A DNA stretch of 64,000 bases from an uncultured Candidatus Saccharibacteria bacterium (GTDB lineage Bacteria > Patescibacteriota > Saccharimonadia > Saccharimonadales > JAGQNK01). This document shows, piece by piece, positions 17,755 to 26,092 of this stretch. The first letter of the stretch is position 1, and every line of letters starts with the position of its first letter. A program made the position numbers and the translations under genes. The notes under the pieces are model-generated. The model was not told the DNA's origin and made no database searches. It worked only from the letters and a program-made list of their open reading frames with translations. The stretch spans positions 41,687-105,686 of the forward strand of contig CAZWRG010000001.1 in assembly GCA_964636355.1 (NCBI GenBank). Reading direction: 5' to 3'.

Positions 17755-19949
17755 GCTTCTTCAGGGAAATTTTCGTCCAGCACTTCATCGGACGATCCCT
17801 CATCAGTTGCGCCGCCAAAAACATCATTAATCGAGCTAACCAGAACTTCTCGCGGTCGATTGCCGTCTGCCTGGCTGATAATACCCTGTTCTTCCATGGT
17901 CTCCATGAACCGTGCGGCCTTACCATAACCAATCCTTAGACGCCTCTGCAGCAGGCTGGTGCTGGCTTTGCCGCCGTCAATCACCACTCCAACAGCTTCT
18001 TTGTACAGCGGATCATCCATGTCGCTGCCGCCCGCATCAGCCACGATACCACCCTTGCCATTTAGCTGAACCGGCTGACTGATGATTTCATCGTTATAAT
18101 CTGGCGGCCGTTGCATACGGATAAAATCAGTGACTTTTAATGTTTCGTTATCGTCAATTAATGCCCCTTGAACGCGTATCGGCTTTGGCATATCCGAGGT
18201 CAGCAGCAACATATCACCTTGGCCAAGCAGCTTCTCAGCGCCGACTTGGTCGATAATCGTCCGTGAATCAACCTGACTCTGAGTCGTAAAAGCAATCCGG
18301 CCCGGCACGTTAGCCTTAATCAGACCGGTAATAACATCTACTGATGGGCGCTGAGTGGCCAAAATCAAATGGATACCAACGGCGCGTGCCTTCTGAGCAA
18401 TGCGGACAATCAACGCCTCAACATCTCGGGCGGCCATCATCATCAGATCGGCTAGCTCATCAATCACCACCACAATGTAGGGCATACCCTCTTCTTTTTT
18501 GAGGGCGTTATATTCCGCAATATTTCGGCGATGAACTTCACTGAGCGCCTTGTATCGCCGCTCCATCTCCGCCACTGTCCACTTAAGGGCGCTTATACAT
18601 TTTTCCGGCTCAGTAATAACTGGCGTTAACAGGTGCGGAATATCGTCATAAGGCTTCAGTTCAACCTGCTTGGGGTCAACCAAAATGAGCTTTAAATCAG
18701 ATGGGCTGTTACGGTACAACAGGCTGGTTAAGATAGTGTTGATCATGACCGATTTACCAGAACCAGTTTGTCCGGCCACCAAAAGGTGCGGCATTTTGGC
18801 CAAATTACCGACCACTGACTGACCGGCAATATCTTTTCCAATCGCAAAGCCAAGCGGACTGTCAACCTCAGCCCACTTCTGGGACTGCAGCAAGCTGCTA
18901 ATCCGCACGGTAGCCGACTTCAGATTAGGCACTTCAATACCAACCGCTCTTTTGCCGGGAATTGGCGCCTCCATACGGATGGAGGTAGCCTCTAGATCAA
19001 GCATCAGGTTGTTTTCCAGCGCCGTTATTTTAGTTAGCCTTACACCTGTCGGTGGCTTGAGAGTATATTGCGTAACCCGAGGACCAATGTTGGCGCCTTC
19101 CATTTCAACCGCAATATTAAAGTTCTCGAAAGTCTCTTTGATGATGCTGGCATTCCCTTCTACATCTCCAGCATTAGCCTTGTCTTGTTTTTGGTTGAGT
19201 AGATTAATCGGCGGAAATTGCCAATCCGGGTCACTAGCAGCCGTTAGGGCAGCATGATCTTCAGCCGGGGCAAGTTTTTTAACAGTATTTTTTAAGTTGG
19301 CCTTTTTAGGTGAAGCAGTATTTTTGCTGTGTTCCACCGGCACGCCTTCGTTTAGGGTAAAAGCACTTTCTGGGGCCCTGGATTTGAGATCCTCCAGATC
19401 AGCTTCCTCAGACTCCGGACGTCGAAAGATTTCAAATAATTTCAAGATAACCTTTGGTGAGATTCCAAAAGTTAAAAAGAATAACAAAATACTTAGCACA
19501 AACAGAAGTATCGAGGCCGGGATTTTATCTAAAATACCAAGCATCAATCCGCCAAGTCCGCCGCCAACCGCTCCGCCATGACCAGCTTCAAACTCTCCAA
19601 AAGTGGTTTTGTTAGCAAAAGCCACATGAAACCAGCCGGCAGACAAAACCAAAAACCCTAGCATGCTCATGAATTTATTGAATGGAATCTGTTTGTCTTC
19701 GCTGGTAAATTTCCAAATTCCAAAAAACACTAAAGCTAGAGGTGTTAAATAAGCTGCCCAACCGAATGCCCAATAAGCGGCCTCAAACATCGAAATCGGT
19801 AACGGGCCACCGGTATTAAAACTGCCGAGCAGCAAGAAAAAGGCCGCAATCATCAGTAAAATTGCTCCGGCTAGTGGCCAAAAACCTGAATGTTCAACTA
19901 CTTCTGGTTGGGTTTTTCTTTTTCTGGTTTGTTTTTTTCGTTTTGCCAT
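17751..19949 (-). CDS. ftsK: DNA translocase FtsK/SpoIIIE
   Basis: N-terminal TM helices, PHLLVAGQTGSGKS, IDELADLMM, ATQRPSVDVITG, gamma domain LQRRLRIGYGKAAR. Confidence 0.97.
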   Translation of the reverse strand: MAKRKKQTRKRKTQPEVVEHSGFWPLAGAILLMIAAFFLLLGSFNTGGPLPISMFEAAYWAFGWAAYLTPLALVFFGIWKFTSEDKQIPFNKFMSMLGFLVLSAGWFHVAFANKTTFGEFEAGHGGAVGGGLGGLMLGILDKIPASILLFVLSILLFFLTFGISPKVILKLFEIFRRPESEEADLEDLKSRAPESAFTLNEGVPVEHSKNTASPKKANLKNTVKKLAPAEDHAALTAASDPDWQFPPINLLNQKQDKANAGDVEGNASIIKETFENFNIAVEMEGANIGPRVTQYTLKPPTGVRLTKITALENNLMLDLEATSIRMEAPIPGKRAVGIEVPNLKSATVRISSLLQSQKWAEVDSPLGFAIGKDIAGQSVVGNLAKMPHLLVAGQTGSGKSVMINTILTSLLYRNSPSDLKLILVDPKQVELKPYDDIPHLLTPVITEPEKCISALKWTVAEMERRYKALSEVHRRNIAEYNALKKEEGMPYIVVVIDELADLMMMAARDVEALIVRIAQKARAVGIHLILATQRPSVDVITGLIKANVPGRIAFTTQSQVDSRTIIDQVGAEKLLGQGDMLLLTSDMPKPIRVQGALIDDNETLKVTDFIRMQRPPDYNDEIISQPVQLNGKGGIVADAGGSDMDDPLYKEAVGVVIDGGKASTSLLQRRLRIGYGKAARFMETMEEQGIISQADGNRPREVLVSSINDVFGGATDEGSSDEVLDENFPEEA

Positions 19950-19970
19950 AAGAACTTAATTATATCAGGG

Positions 19971-20240
19971 TTAGTCTGCTGACTCCAAGGGTAAAGGCGC
20001 TGGATCATCCACACCTAGTAAAATTTTAGTCTGTAAAACTAAGTCACTATAATATCTATAGATGCCCATTAATTCTTCCTCATCTAAGCCACCGAAATTA
20101 GCCCCCTCATACTTATAAGCTAAAAGATCATCTAAAGCCTGTTCTCTTTTGTAAATTTGCTCCTCTAACCAAGGATGTCCTGCTGCTTCGCGGACCAAGA
20201 TTTGATTATCTAATTGTGACGAGTCAGGAGAATGTTCCAT
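19971..20240 (-). CDS. Hypothetical acidic protein
   Basis: ORF preceded by a consensus promoter; ATG lies 7 nt after the -10 box. Confidence 0.6.
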   Translation of the reverse strand: MEHSPDSSQLDNQILVREAAGHPWLEEQIYKREQALDDLLAYKYEGANFGGLDEEELMGIYRYYSDLVLQTKILLGVDDPAPLPLESAD

Positions 20241-20247
20241 AGCCATT

Positions 20248-20276
20248 ATTATAGCAAAAATTACATCATTTGTCAA
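20248..20276 (-). promoter_or_regulatory. Consensus sigma70 promoter
   Basis: TTGACA-17 nt-TATAAT. Confidence 0.85.
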
Positions 20277-20286
20277 TCCACTTAAG

Positions 20287-20419
20287 CTCCCGCCTTTTTA
20301 TATAGCACTTTCCGGATTGGCTTGGGAAAGCGCTTTCTAATTTCGGGAGAAGAGCAGCCAAAGACACCGGATTTATTCCGGCGCACCGCTTGGGTGAGAG
20401 GAGGAGTCACCTCCTCTCA
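20287..20419 (-). ncRNA. Candidate structured RNA downstream of rnj (family not recognised)
   Basis: Five stems in 133 nt; mismatches resolve as G-U pairs only on the minus strand. Confidence 0.5.
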
Positions 20420-20425
20420 TTAGAG

Positions 20426-22528
20426 CTAATCAGTGCGGGCGTCTTGGCCTAGGAGTTTGGCCCGCATCTCTTCAAAGCGGCGCTGCTGCTCGGCAGCAAT
20501 TTCTTCTGGGGTTGGCTCTGGTTTTGGCGCGGAATTACCATTTTGGGCGGACGCACCATTTTTAGCTTTTTTAGATTGTTGAGCATTACCATTGGCCTTA
20601 CCGCCAATCACATTTACAACTGGGATTACAATTGGGCTTCGCTTGGTGTACTCAAATAGAAAATGCGTCACGTGCTCTTTAAGTTCTTGTTTAAATCTAT
20701 CGAGGTCTACTCGCTTAAACCGCTGACCAACAGCTCTTTTGAGCTCGGTCCTGAAAGCATTCATCAGCTCTTCATTATCACGCATGTAGATAAAACCGCG
20801 GCTAACGATATCCGGGCTGGTCATGAGGTTACCGGATTTTTTATCAATCGTTAGAATAACCGCCACCAAGCCTTCTTCGGCCAACATCAGCCGGTCTTTG
20901 ATAACCACGCTGCTAACCATCGAACCAGCTTGGTCGACCAGAACAGTTCCGGTCGGTACTTTACCGCTGATTTGCATTGTATCTGGCGTTAGTTCAATTA
21001 CTTCGCCGTTTTCAGCGTTGATACAGTTTTTTCTAGGAATTCCCTGCTCGACGGCAATTTCAATATGCCGTTGTTTCTTGTAGTAAGATCCATAAACTGG
21101 AATGAAGAATTTAGGCTGCGTAAAGTTGATCATGTCAGCGAATTCGTCAATGCTGGCATGGCCAGAAACGTGCAGCGGACCAACGCCATCTAGCTCATGA
21201 GTTATGTGCTGGAAAACGTGGACGTTTTTGCGCATCAGGTTATCAACCATCGCGGCAATTAATGAATCGTTACCGCTCTCCGGAATTGGAGTAGAGCTTA
21301 AGACAACCGTGTCTTGCTCTTTTAATTTAATATGTCTGTGATCGCCACTGGCCATCCGTTGCAGCGCAGAACTAGGTTCGCCCTGACCACCGGTACAGAC
21401 CACCACCACCTCATGATCTTTGAGGTTTGGGACGGCCGAAATCGGCACGAAAGTTCCTTTAGGAATTTTCATAAATCCGTTTCTCACGGCCATCTCAAGG
21501 GTTGAAATCATGCTGCGACCATCCAGCGCGATTTTACGATTGTGCTTAACGGCAGCGTTGACGATCATCTGTACACGGTTAACGTTGGTTGAGAAGATAG
21601 CCACGAAAATCCGGCCCGGAGCCTGATTCATAATATCCACGTAACTCTGCTCGATGGTGCTCTCACTAGGTGTTCTGCCCATTCGATCGGTGGTGGTGCT
21701 TTCACTAAGCAACGCTAAAACGCCTTCCCGGCCAAGTTCTTTTAGGCGCTCAACATCGGTTTTTTCATGATCCAAAGGATTGGGATCCAACCGGAAGTCA
21801 CCAGTGTTAATGATGCGCCCAACTGGCGTATCAACTACTACAATCGTACTGCCTGGAATCGAATGCGTAACGCCAACTAGCTCGACAAAGAAACTACCGA
21901 CCTTGAGGCGTTCGTGGGTGTCTTCGTTCATAACAACTGTTTGTAGCTCAAAACCTTCCGGCATTGGCTGGGAAAAGTTTTGGAAAATCTCTTCAACCCG
22001 TCCAATTGTAAATTTGGAACCATAAATCGGCGCTGGCAGCCGAGGTACAATGTGCGGCAAACCACCAATGTGATCGAGGTGGCCATGAGTTATGACGTAG
22101 CCTTTTAATTTATGTCGAATGGTTTCCAGGTAGCTCACGTCACAGATGCCGTAGTTAATTCCTGGCAAGTCGACGCCCAGATCATTTCCAGCGTCGATGA
22201 CGATTGCGTCATTCATGTATTCGACAAGCATCATGTTTTTAGAGCCGCCGCCGTCCATACCGCCCAGACCAATGATCTTAAGCCGCGGCTTGTCATCAAT
22301 CTTATTAGCTCTGGGGCGTTCTTCGGGTTTAATGGCCGGCTGCTCCAGATACTGGCTAATCAGTCTTTGGGCGTCGTCATGGGTTCGTCTTTGGGCCCGA
22401 ATTGCTGCTCCGCGACTACTAGCCCGGACTGGCGCCCCTGATCCGCTGTTGCCATTTGATTGGCGAGGTTTTTGACCGTTCTTGTTTGAACTCGGTTTTC
22501 GCCGGTTCTGATTATTTGGTTTATTCAT
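20426..22528 (-). CDS. rnj: Ribonuclease J
   Basis: THGHLDHIGG metallo-beta-lactamase motif, HSIP, TGDF, HVSGH, RSPIVIPV. Confidence 0.96.
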   Translation of the reverse strand: MNKPNNQNRRKPSSNKNGQKPRQSNGNSGSGAPVRASSRGAAIRAQRRTHDDAQRLISQYLEQPAIKPEERPRANKIDDKPRLKIIGLGGMDGGGSKNMMLVEYMNDAIVIDAGNDLGVDLPGINYGICDVSYLETIRHKLKGYVITHGHLDHIGGLPHIVPRLPAPIYGSKFTIGRVEEIFQNFSQPMPEGFELQTVVMNEDTHERLKVGSFFVELVGVTHSIPGSTIVVVDTPVGRIINTGDFRLDPNPLDHEKTDVERLKELGREGVLALLSESTTTDRMGRTPSESTIEQSYVDIMNQAPGRIFVAIFSTNVNRVQMIVNAAVKHNRKIALDGRSMISTLEMAVRNGFMKIPKGTFVPISAVPNLKDHEVVVVCTGGQGEPSSALQRMASGDHRHIKLKEQDTVVLSSTPIPESGNDSLIAAMVDNLMRKNVHVFQHITHELDGVGPLHVSGHASIDEFADMINFTQPKFFIPVYGSYYKKQRHIEIAVEQGIPRKNCINAENGEVIELTPDTMQISGKVPTGTVLVDQAGSMVSSVVIKDRLMLAEEGLVAVILTIDKKSGNLMTSPDIVSRGFIYMRDNEELMNAFRTELKRAVGQRFKRVDLDRFKQELKEHVTHFLFEYTKRSPIVIPVVNVIGGKANGNAQQSKKAKNGASAQNGNSAPKPEPTPEEIAAEQQRRFEEMRAKLLGQDARTD

Positions 22529-22556
22529 ATATTTTATTGTTCCTTTCGGATGATAT

Positions 22557-23183
22557 TTAATTCTTAGTTAATTTGTTTAGGGTAGTTGGTATATTACTGA
22601 AATCGTCAACTAGTGTTTGCCGAAGCCCGCCGTTATACAAAGCTGCTGCCGGGTGAAACAATGGCAGAATAACTAGCGACATTAACGTCTGATCCTGGGG
22701 GTTATTTTCTCCTCGTTGATTACTGTTTAGGCTGAGCTTGATTCGTTTTGGCTGCCCATGAACAGCGCTGATTTTTAAATTCGGCAGGAAATATTCCATG
22801 CTGTGCCGACCCAATGTCACTACTAATTTTGGCTGAATGACATCCAGTTGGCGCACCAAGTACGGCCAAAAAGCCCGCTTTTCCTCCGGCAACGGATCGC
22901 GATTATTCGGCGGCCGGTATTTGACTATATTAGTTATGTAAATGTCCTGCCTATCAAGGCTAATCGACTGAAGCATTTCGTCTAGAAACTTGCCGGCTGC
23001 TCCTACGAATGGTTTGCCTTTAAGGTCCTCATTTTTCCCTGGCGCCTCGCCAATAAAGACGATGTCGGCGTCTGGGTTGCCATAGCCAAAAACCAGCTGG
23101 GTGGCTTGCTCGGCAAGCTCTAGGCAAACATTATTTTGGGTAATTTCTGCCTCAAGTTTGACGAGCTGCTGTTGTTTGGTCAT
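22557..23183 (-). CDS. Uracil-DNA glycosylase, family 4
   Basis: GEAPGKNED, PFVGAAG, RPPNNRDP, HPAAALY. Confidence 0.93.
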   Translation of the reverse strand: MTKQQQLVKLEAEITQNNVCLELAEQATQLVFGYGNPDADIVFIGEAPGKNEDLKGKPFVGAAGKFLDEMLQSISLDRQDIYITNIVKYRPPNNRDPLPEEKRAFWPYLVRQLDVIQPKLVVTLGRHSMEYFLPNLKISAVHGQPKRIKLSLNSNQRGENNPQDQTLMSLVILPLFHPAAALYNGGLRQTLVDDFSNIPTTLNKLTKN

Positions 23184-23189
23184 GTGAAG

Positions 23190-23378
23190 TTACTTTTTAA
23201 ATGCACGAATAATCAGCTTGATACCTAAAATTAGCAACAAAACCGCGCCAAGATACTGCCAATAACTGCCAGTATCCAGCGCTCTGGACAAAAAAGCGTA
23301 GGCTAAAACCATTCCCAACAGCCCACCGGCTAAAGTTGTTCCGGGGTGGTGTGGTTTTCGCAAAACTTTCTTGCTCAT
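23190..23378 (-). CDS. Small 2-TM hypothetical protein
   Basis: In operon between pnp and the UDG gene; two TM helices flanking ALDTGSYWQY. Confidence 0.7.
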   Translation of the reverse strand: MSKKVLRKPHHPGTTLAGGLLGMVLAYAFLSRALDTGSYWQYLGAVLLLILGIKLIIRAFKK

Positions 23379-23389
23379 TGGTTTATAAA

Positions 23390-25528
23390 TTACTTATTTT
23401 TTAGTTCTCGGGCGGCAGCTTTCATGCTGAGATTTAAGCGGCCCTTTTCGTCGATGGCGACCAGCTTAACAGTTACCAGGTCGCCTTCTTTTACTACATC
23501 GCTTGGCTTATTGACTCGCTCTTCACTCATTTCACTGACGTGAACCAGGCCGTCTTTGCCAGGCAGGATTTGTACAAATGCCCCAAAATCCAGCACACTG
23601 ACAACCGGTACATTCTCATAGATTGTGCCCGGCTCTGGGTCTTCGGTGAGGTTCTTGATGTACTTAATTGCGCCGTCAATCGACTCTTTGTTAGGGCTAG
23701 CAATAAACACTGTTCCGTCGTCTTTGATGTCAATTTCAGCGCCAGTCTCGGCAATAATTTTATTGATCATCTCACCACCCTTACCGATGACTTCACGGAT
23801 TTTATCCGGATTGATCTTAATCGATTCCACTCTTGGCGCATAAGGACTCATCTCTGTCCGAGGCGTATTTAGAACGCTCATCATGTGTTCTAGGATATGC
23901 ATCCGTCCGGGCTTGGCCTTGATTAGCGCCTGACGTAATATTTCCGGGCTCAGACCGTGAACTTTCATATCCATCTGAAGCGCAGTTATACCTTCACTGG
24001 TTCCGGTGACCTTAAAGTCCATATCACCAGCGAAATCCTCGGCGTCGGCTATATCACTCATGATATAAGGCGTCTCACCGTCCATCATGAGTCCCATAGC
24101 AATTCCAGAAACTGGTCGCTTGAGCGGGACACCGGCGTCCATCAGCGCCAAACAGCTTGAGCAAGTGGCCGCCATTGAGGTCGAACCGTTTTGGCTCATG
24201 ATTTCAGTAACTGAACGAATGACATAGGGGAATTCGGCTTCGCTTGGCAAGACCGCTGTCAGGGCTCGTTCTGCCAAATAGCCGTGACCGATCTCTCGGC
24301 GCCCCGGACTACCCAGCCGTTTAACCTCACCTACCGTCCAGCCTGGGGCGTTATAGTGGTGCAAGTAGCGGCGCTCGCCTTCTTTTTCCATGGTATCAAC
24401 TAATTGAGCGTAGCTCAGCGGCGCTAGAGTGACGATGTTCATAGCTTGAGTGACGCCTCTGGTGAATAAGCTGGAGCCATGGGCTCGCGGCAGCAGACCA
24501 ACTTCACTGCTAAGCGGCCTGATTTCATCCAGCTTACGCCCATCCGGTCGAATTTGACGAGAAACTATTTCCTTACGAACATCTTTGTGCAGCGCCATAG
24601 TAAACGCGTCATCGTATTCACGGCGGCGCTCATCGTAGTCTTCGCCCTGCTTTTCGCTAAATTCATCATGAAAAGCCTCACGCAGTTCAGAAATTAGGGC
24701 GTTGCGCTCCGGATATGGCAGTTGCAGATTCTGGCCTAATTTACCATCCAACCAAGCATCTACCTCTGTTTGGATATCTTCATCGGGCAGCAATAATTCG
24801 TATTCTTGCTCGGTAACACCTACCTTTTTAACGAGTTCCTGCTGGAGCTTGATAGCCGGCTGCATGGCCTCAAAAGCCCACTTTACGGCGTCGGCAATTT
24901 CATCCTCGGTAGCTTCATTAGCCCCGGCTTCAACCATCATAACGCCGCTTTCACGGCCAGCCACTACAAGATCGAGCTTACTTTCATCCAGCTCGTCAGC
25001 GCTGTTAAAAGCACTATAATTTCCATCTTTGTCGATACAAACTCGAACGCCGGATACCGGACCGTTAAACGGCGCGCCAGTTAGCGACAAAGCAGCACTA
25101 ACCGCAATCATGGCGATCATGTCAGGGCGAAAATCAGGGTCCATACTAAGAACCGTAGCGATTCCCTGAACCTCCTGGCGATAACCTTTTGGCCACAGCG
25201 GGCGAATTGGTCGGTCGATGAGTCGGCCAATCAAAACCGCATCATCACTGGGGCGGCCTTCGCGCTTGATAAATCGGCTGCCGCTGATTTTTCCGGCGGC
25301 GTACATTTTTTCTTCGTAATCAATACTTAGCGGAAAATAATCCATACCGCTGACAGGCTTATTGCCAACCATAGCCGTACCAAGCACCACGGTATCACCG
25401 TAACGCACCAGCACAGATGATGAGGAGCGAAATCCGACTCGTCCCACTTCTAAACTTAAGGTTTTGCCGCAGAACTCAGTCTCGACTTTGATTATATCTT
25501 TTCCGAATGGGTTGATAGTTTGTCCCAT
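23390..25528 (-). CDS. pnp: Polyribonucleotide nucleotidyltransferase (PNPase)
   Basis: FIKREGRP, RLIDRPIRP, RREIGHG, SNGS-like SQNGSTSMA, GDMDFKV, KH and S1 domains; ATG at 25528 follows aaaggaag. Confidence 0.97.
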   Translation of the reverse strand: MGQTINPFGKDIIKVETEFCGKTLSLEVGRVGFRSSSSVLVRYGDTVVLGTAMVGNKPVSGMDYFPLSIDYEEKMYAAGKISGSRFIKREGRPSDDAVLIGRLIDRPIRPLWPKGYRQEVQGIATVLSMDPDFRPDMIAMIAVSAALSLTGAPFNGPVSGVRVCIDKDGNYSAFNSADELDESKLDLVVAGRESGVMMVEAGANEATEDEIADAVKWAFEAMQPAIKLQQELVKKVGVTEQEYELLLPDEDIQTEVDAWLDGKLGQNLQLPYPERNALISELREAFHDEFSEKQGEDYDERRREYDDAFTMALHKDVRKEIVSRQIRPDGRKLDEIRPLSSEVGLLPRAHGSSLFTRGVTQAMNIVTLAPLSYAQLVDTMEKEGERRYLHHYNAPGWTVGEVKRLGSPGRREIGHGYLAERALTAVLPSEAEFPYVIRSVTEIMSQNGSTSMAATCSSCLALMDAGVPLKRPVSGIAMGLMMDGETPYIMSDIADAEDFAGDMDFKVTGTSEGITALQMDMKVHGLSPEILRQALIKAKPGRMHILEHMMSVLNTPRTEMSPYAPRVESIKINPDKIREVIGKGGEMINKIIAETGAEIDIKDDGTVFIASPNKESIDGAIKYIKNLTEDPEPGTIYENVPVVSVLDFGAFVQILPGKDGLVHVSEMSEERVNKPSDVVKEGDLVTVKLVAIDEKGRLNLSMKAAARELKNK

Positions 25529-25558
25529 TAGCTTCCTTTCTTTCTTGCCCGCCTTAAC

Positions 25559-25644
25559 TTTAAGACAAAGTTTGGTGGGCCAGGGTGACAAGGTCCAACC
25601 GTCTCATATCTGAGAAAGCTGTGCTCTGCCACCCTTTGTTTTAA
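25559..25644 (-). promoter_or_regulatory. Long stem-loop in the pnp 5' leader
   Basis: ttaagacaaag..ggtgg pairs with ccacc.ctttgttttaa; inner tctca-tatc-tgaga hairpin. Confidence 0.6.
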
Positions 25645-25649
25645 TGATA

Positions 25650-25716
25650 CTAGAACGTAGATTCTAGATTTTGGACGCTAAAATTTAGTGTCCAATGTCC
25701 AAGATCTATCTTCTAA
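25650..25716. repeat. Inverted heptamer arrays between rpsO and pnp
   Basis: ctagaac gtagatt ctagatt ttggacg - ctaaaatttag - tgtccaa tgtccaa gatctat cttctaa. Confidence 0.85.
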
Positions 25717-25972
25717 TTCCAAGCTTTTTGATTAAGCCCAGATACGCCTGACTATCTTTATCGGCGATATATTTAAGCAGGCGCTTGCGCTTGCCGACCA
25801 TTTGCAGCAAACCGCGGCGGGCCATGTAGTCGTGCTTGTTGACCTTTAGGTGCTCAGTCAACTCCTTGATTCGCTCAGTCAAAATGCCAACCTGAACAGC
25901 CGGGCTGCCAGTATCATTCTTGTCTTTTTGGAGGTCTTTGATGACCTTAGTCTTCTTTTCTGCACTAATCAA
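25706..25972 (-). CDS. rpsO: 30S ribosomal protein S15 (TTG start)
   Basis: DTGSPAVQVGILT, HDYMARRGLLQMVGKRKRLLKY. Confidence 0.97.
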   Translation of the reverse strand: MISAEKKTKVIKDLQKDKNDTGSPAVQVGILTERIKELTEHLKVNKHDYMARRGLLQMVGKRKRLLKYIADKDSQAYLGLIKKLGIRR

Positions 25973-26023
25973 AATTAGGTTCCTTACTATTAAATGATGA
26001 AAGAGTTTGATGGCGTTAGCAAG

Positions 26024-26052
26024 ATTCTAGCACACCTTCCTCTGTTATGCAA
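26024..26052 (-). promoter_or_regulatory. Promoter of rpsO-pnp
   Basis: TTGCAT-17 nt-TAGAAT with TG upstream of the -10 box. Confidence 0.7.
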
Positions 26053-26092
26053 CCACTTAAGCCATCAAGCTACTGATAATCTCTGCAGCCTT

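Noticed and set aside
20340-20392. SRP RNA on the plus strand (gcagcc motif)
   Set aside because: It lacks the CAGG-GNRA-AGCAG helix-8 arrangement, and G-U pairing favours the minus strand.
22680-22745. Insertion in UDG as another heptamer array
   Set aside because: A probable loop insertion is present, but no 7-nt periodicity is visible.
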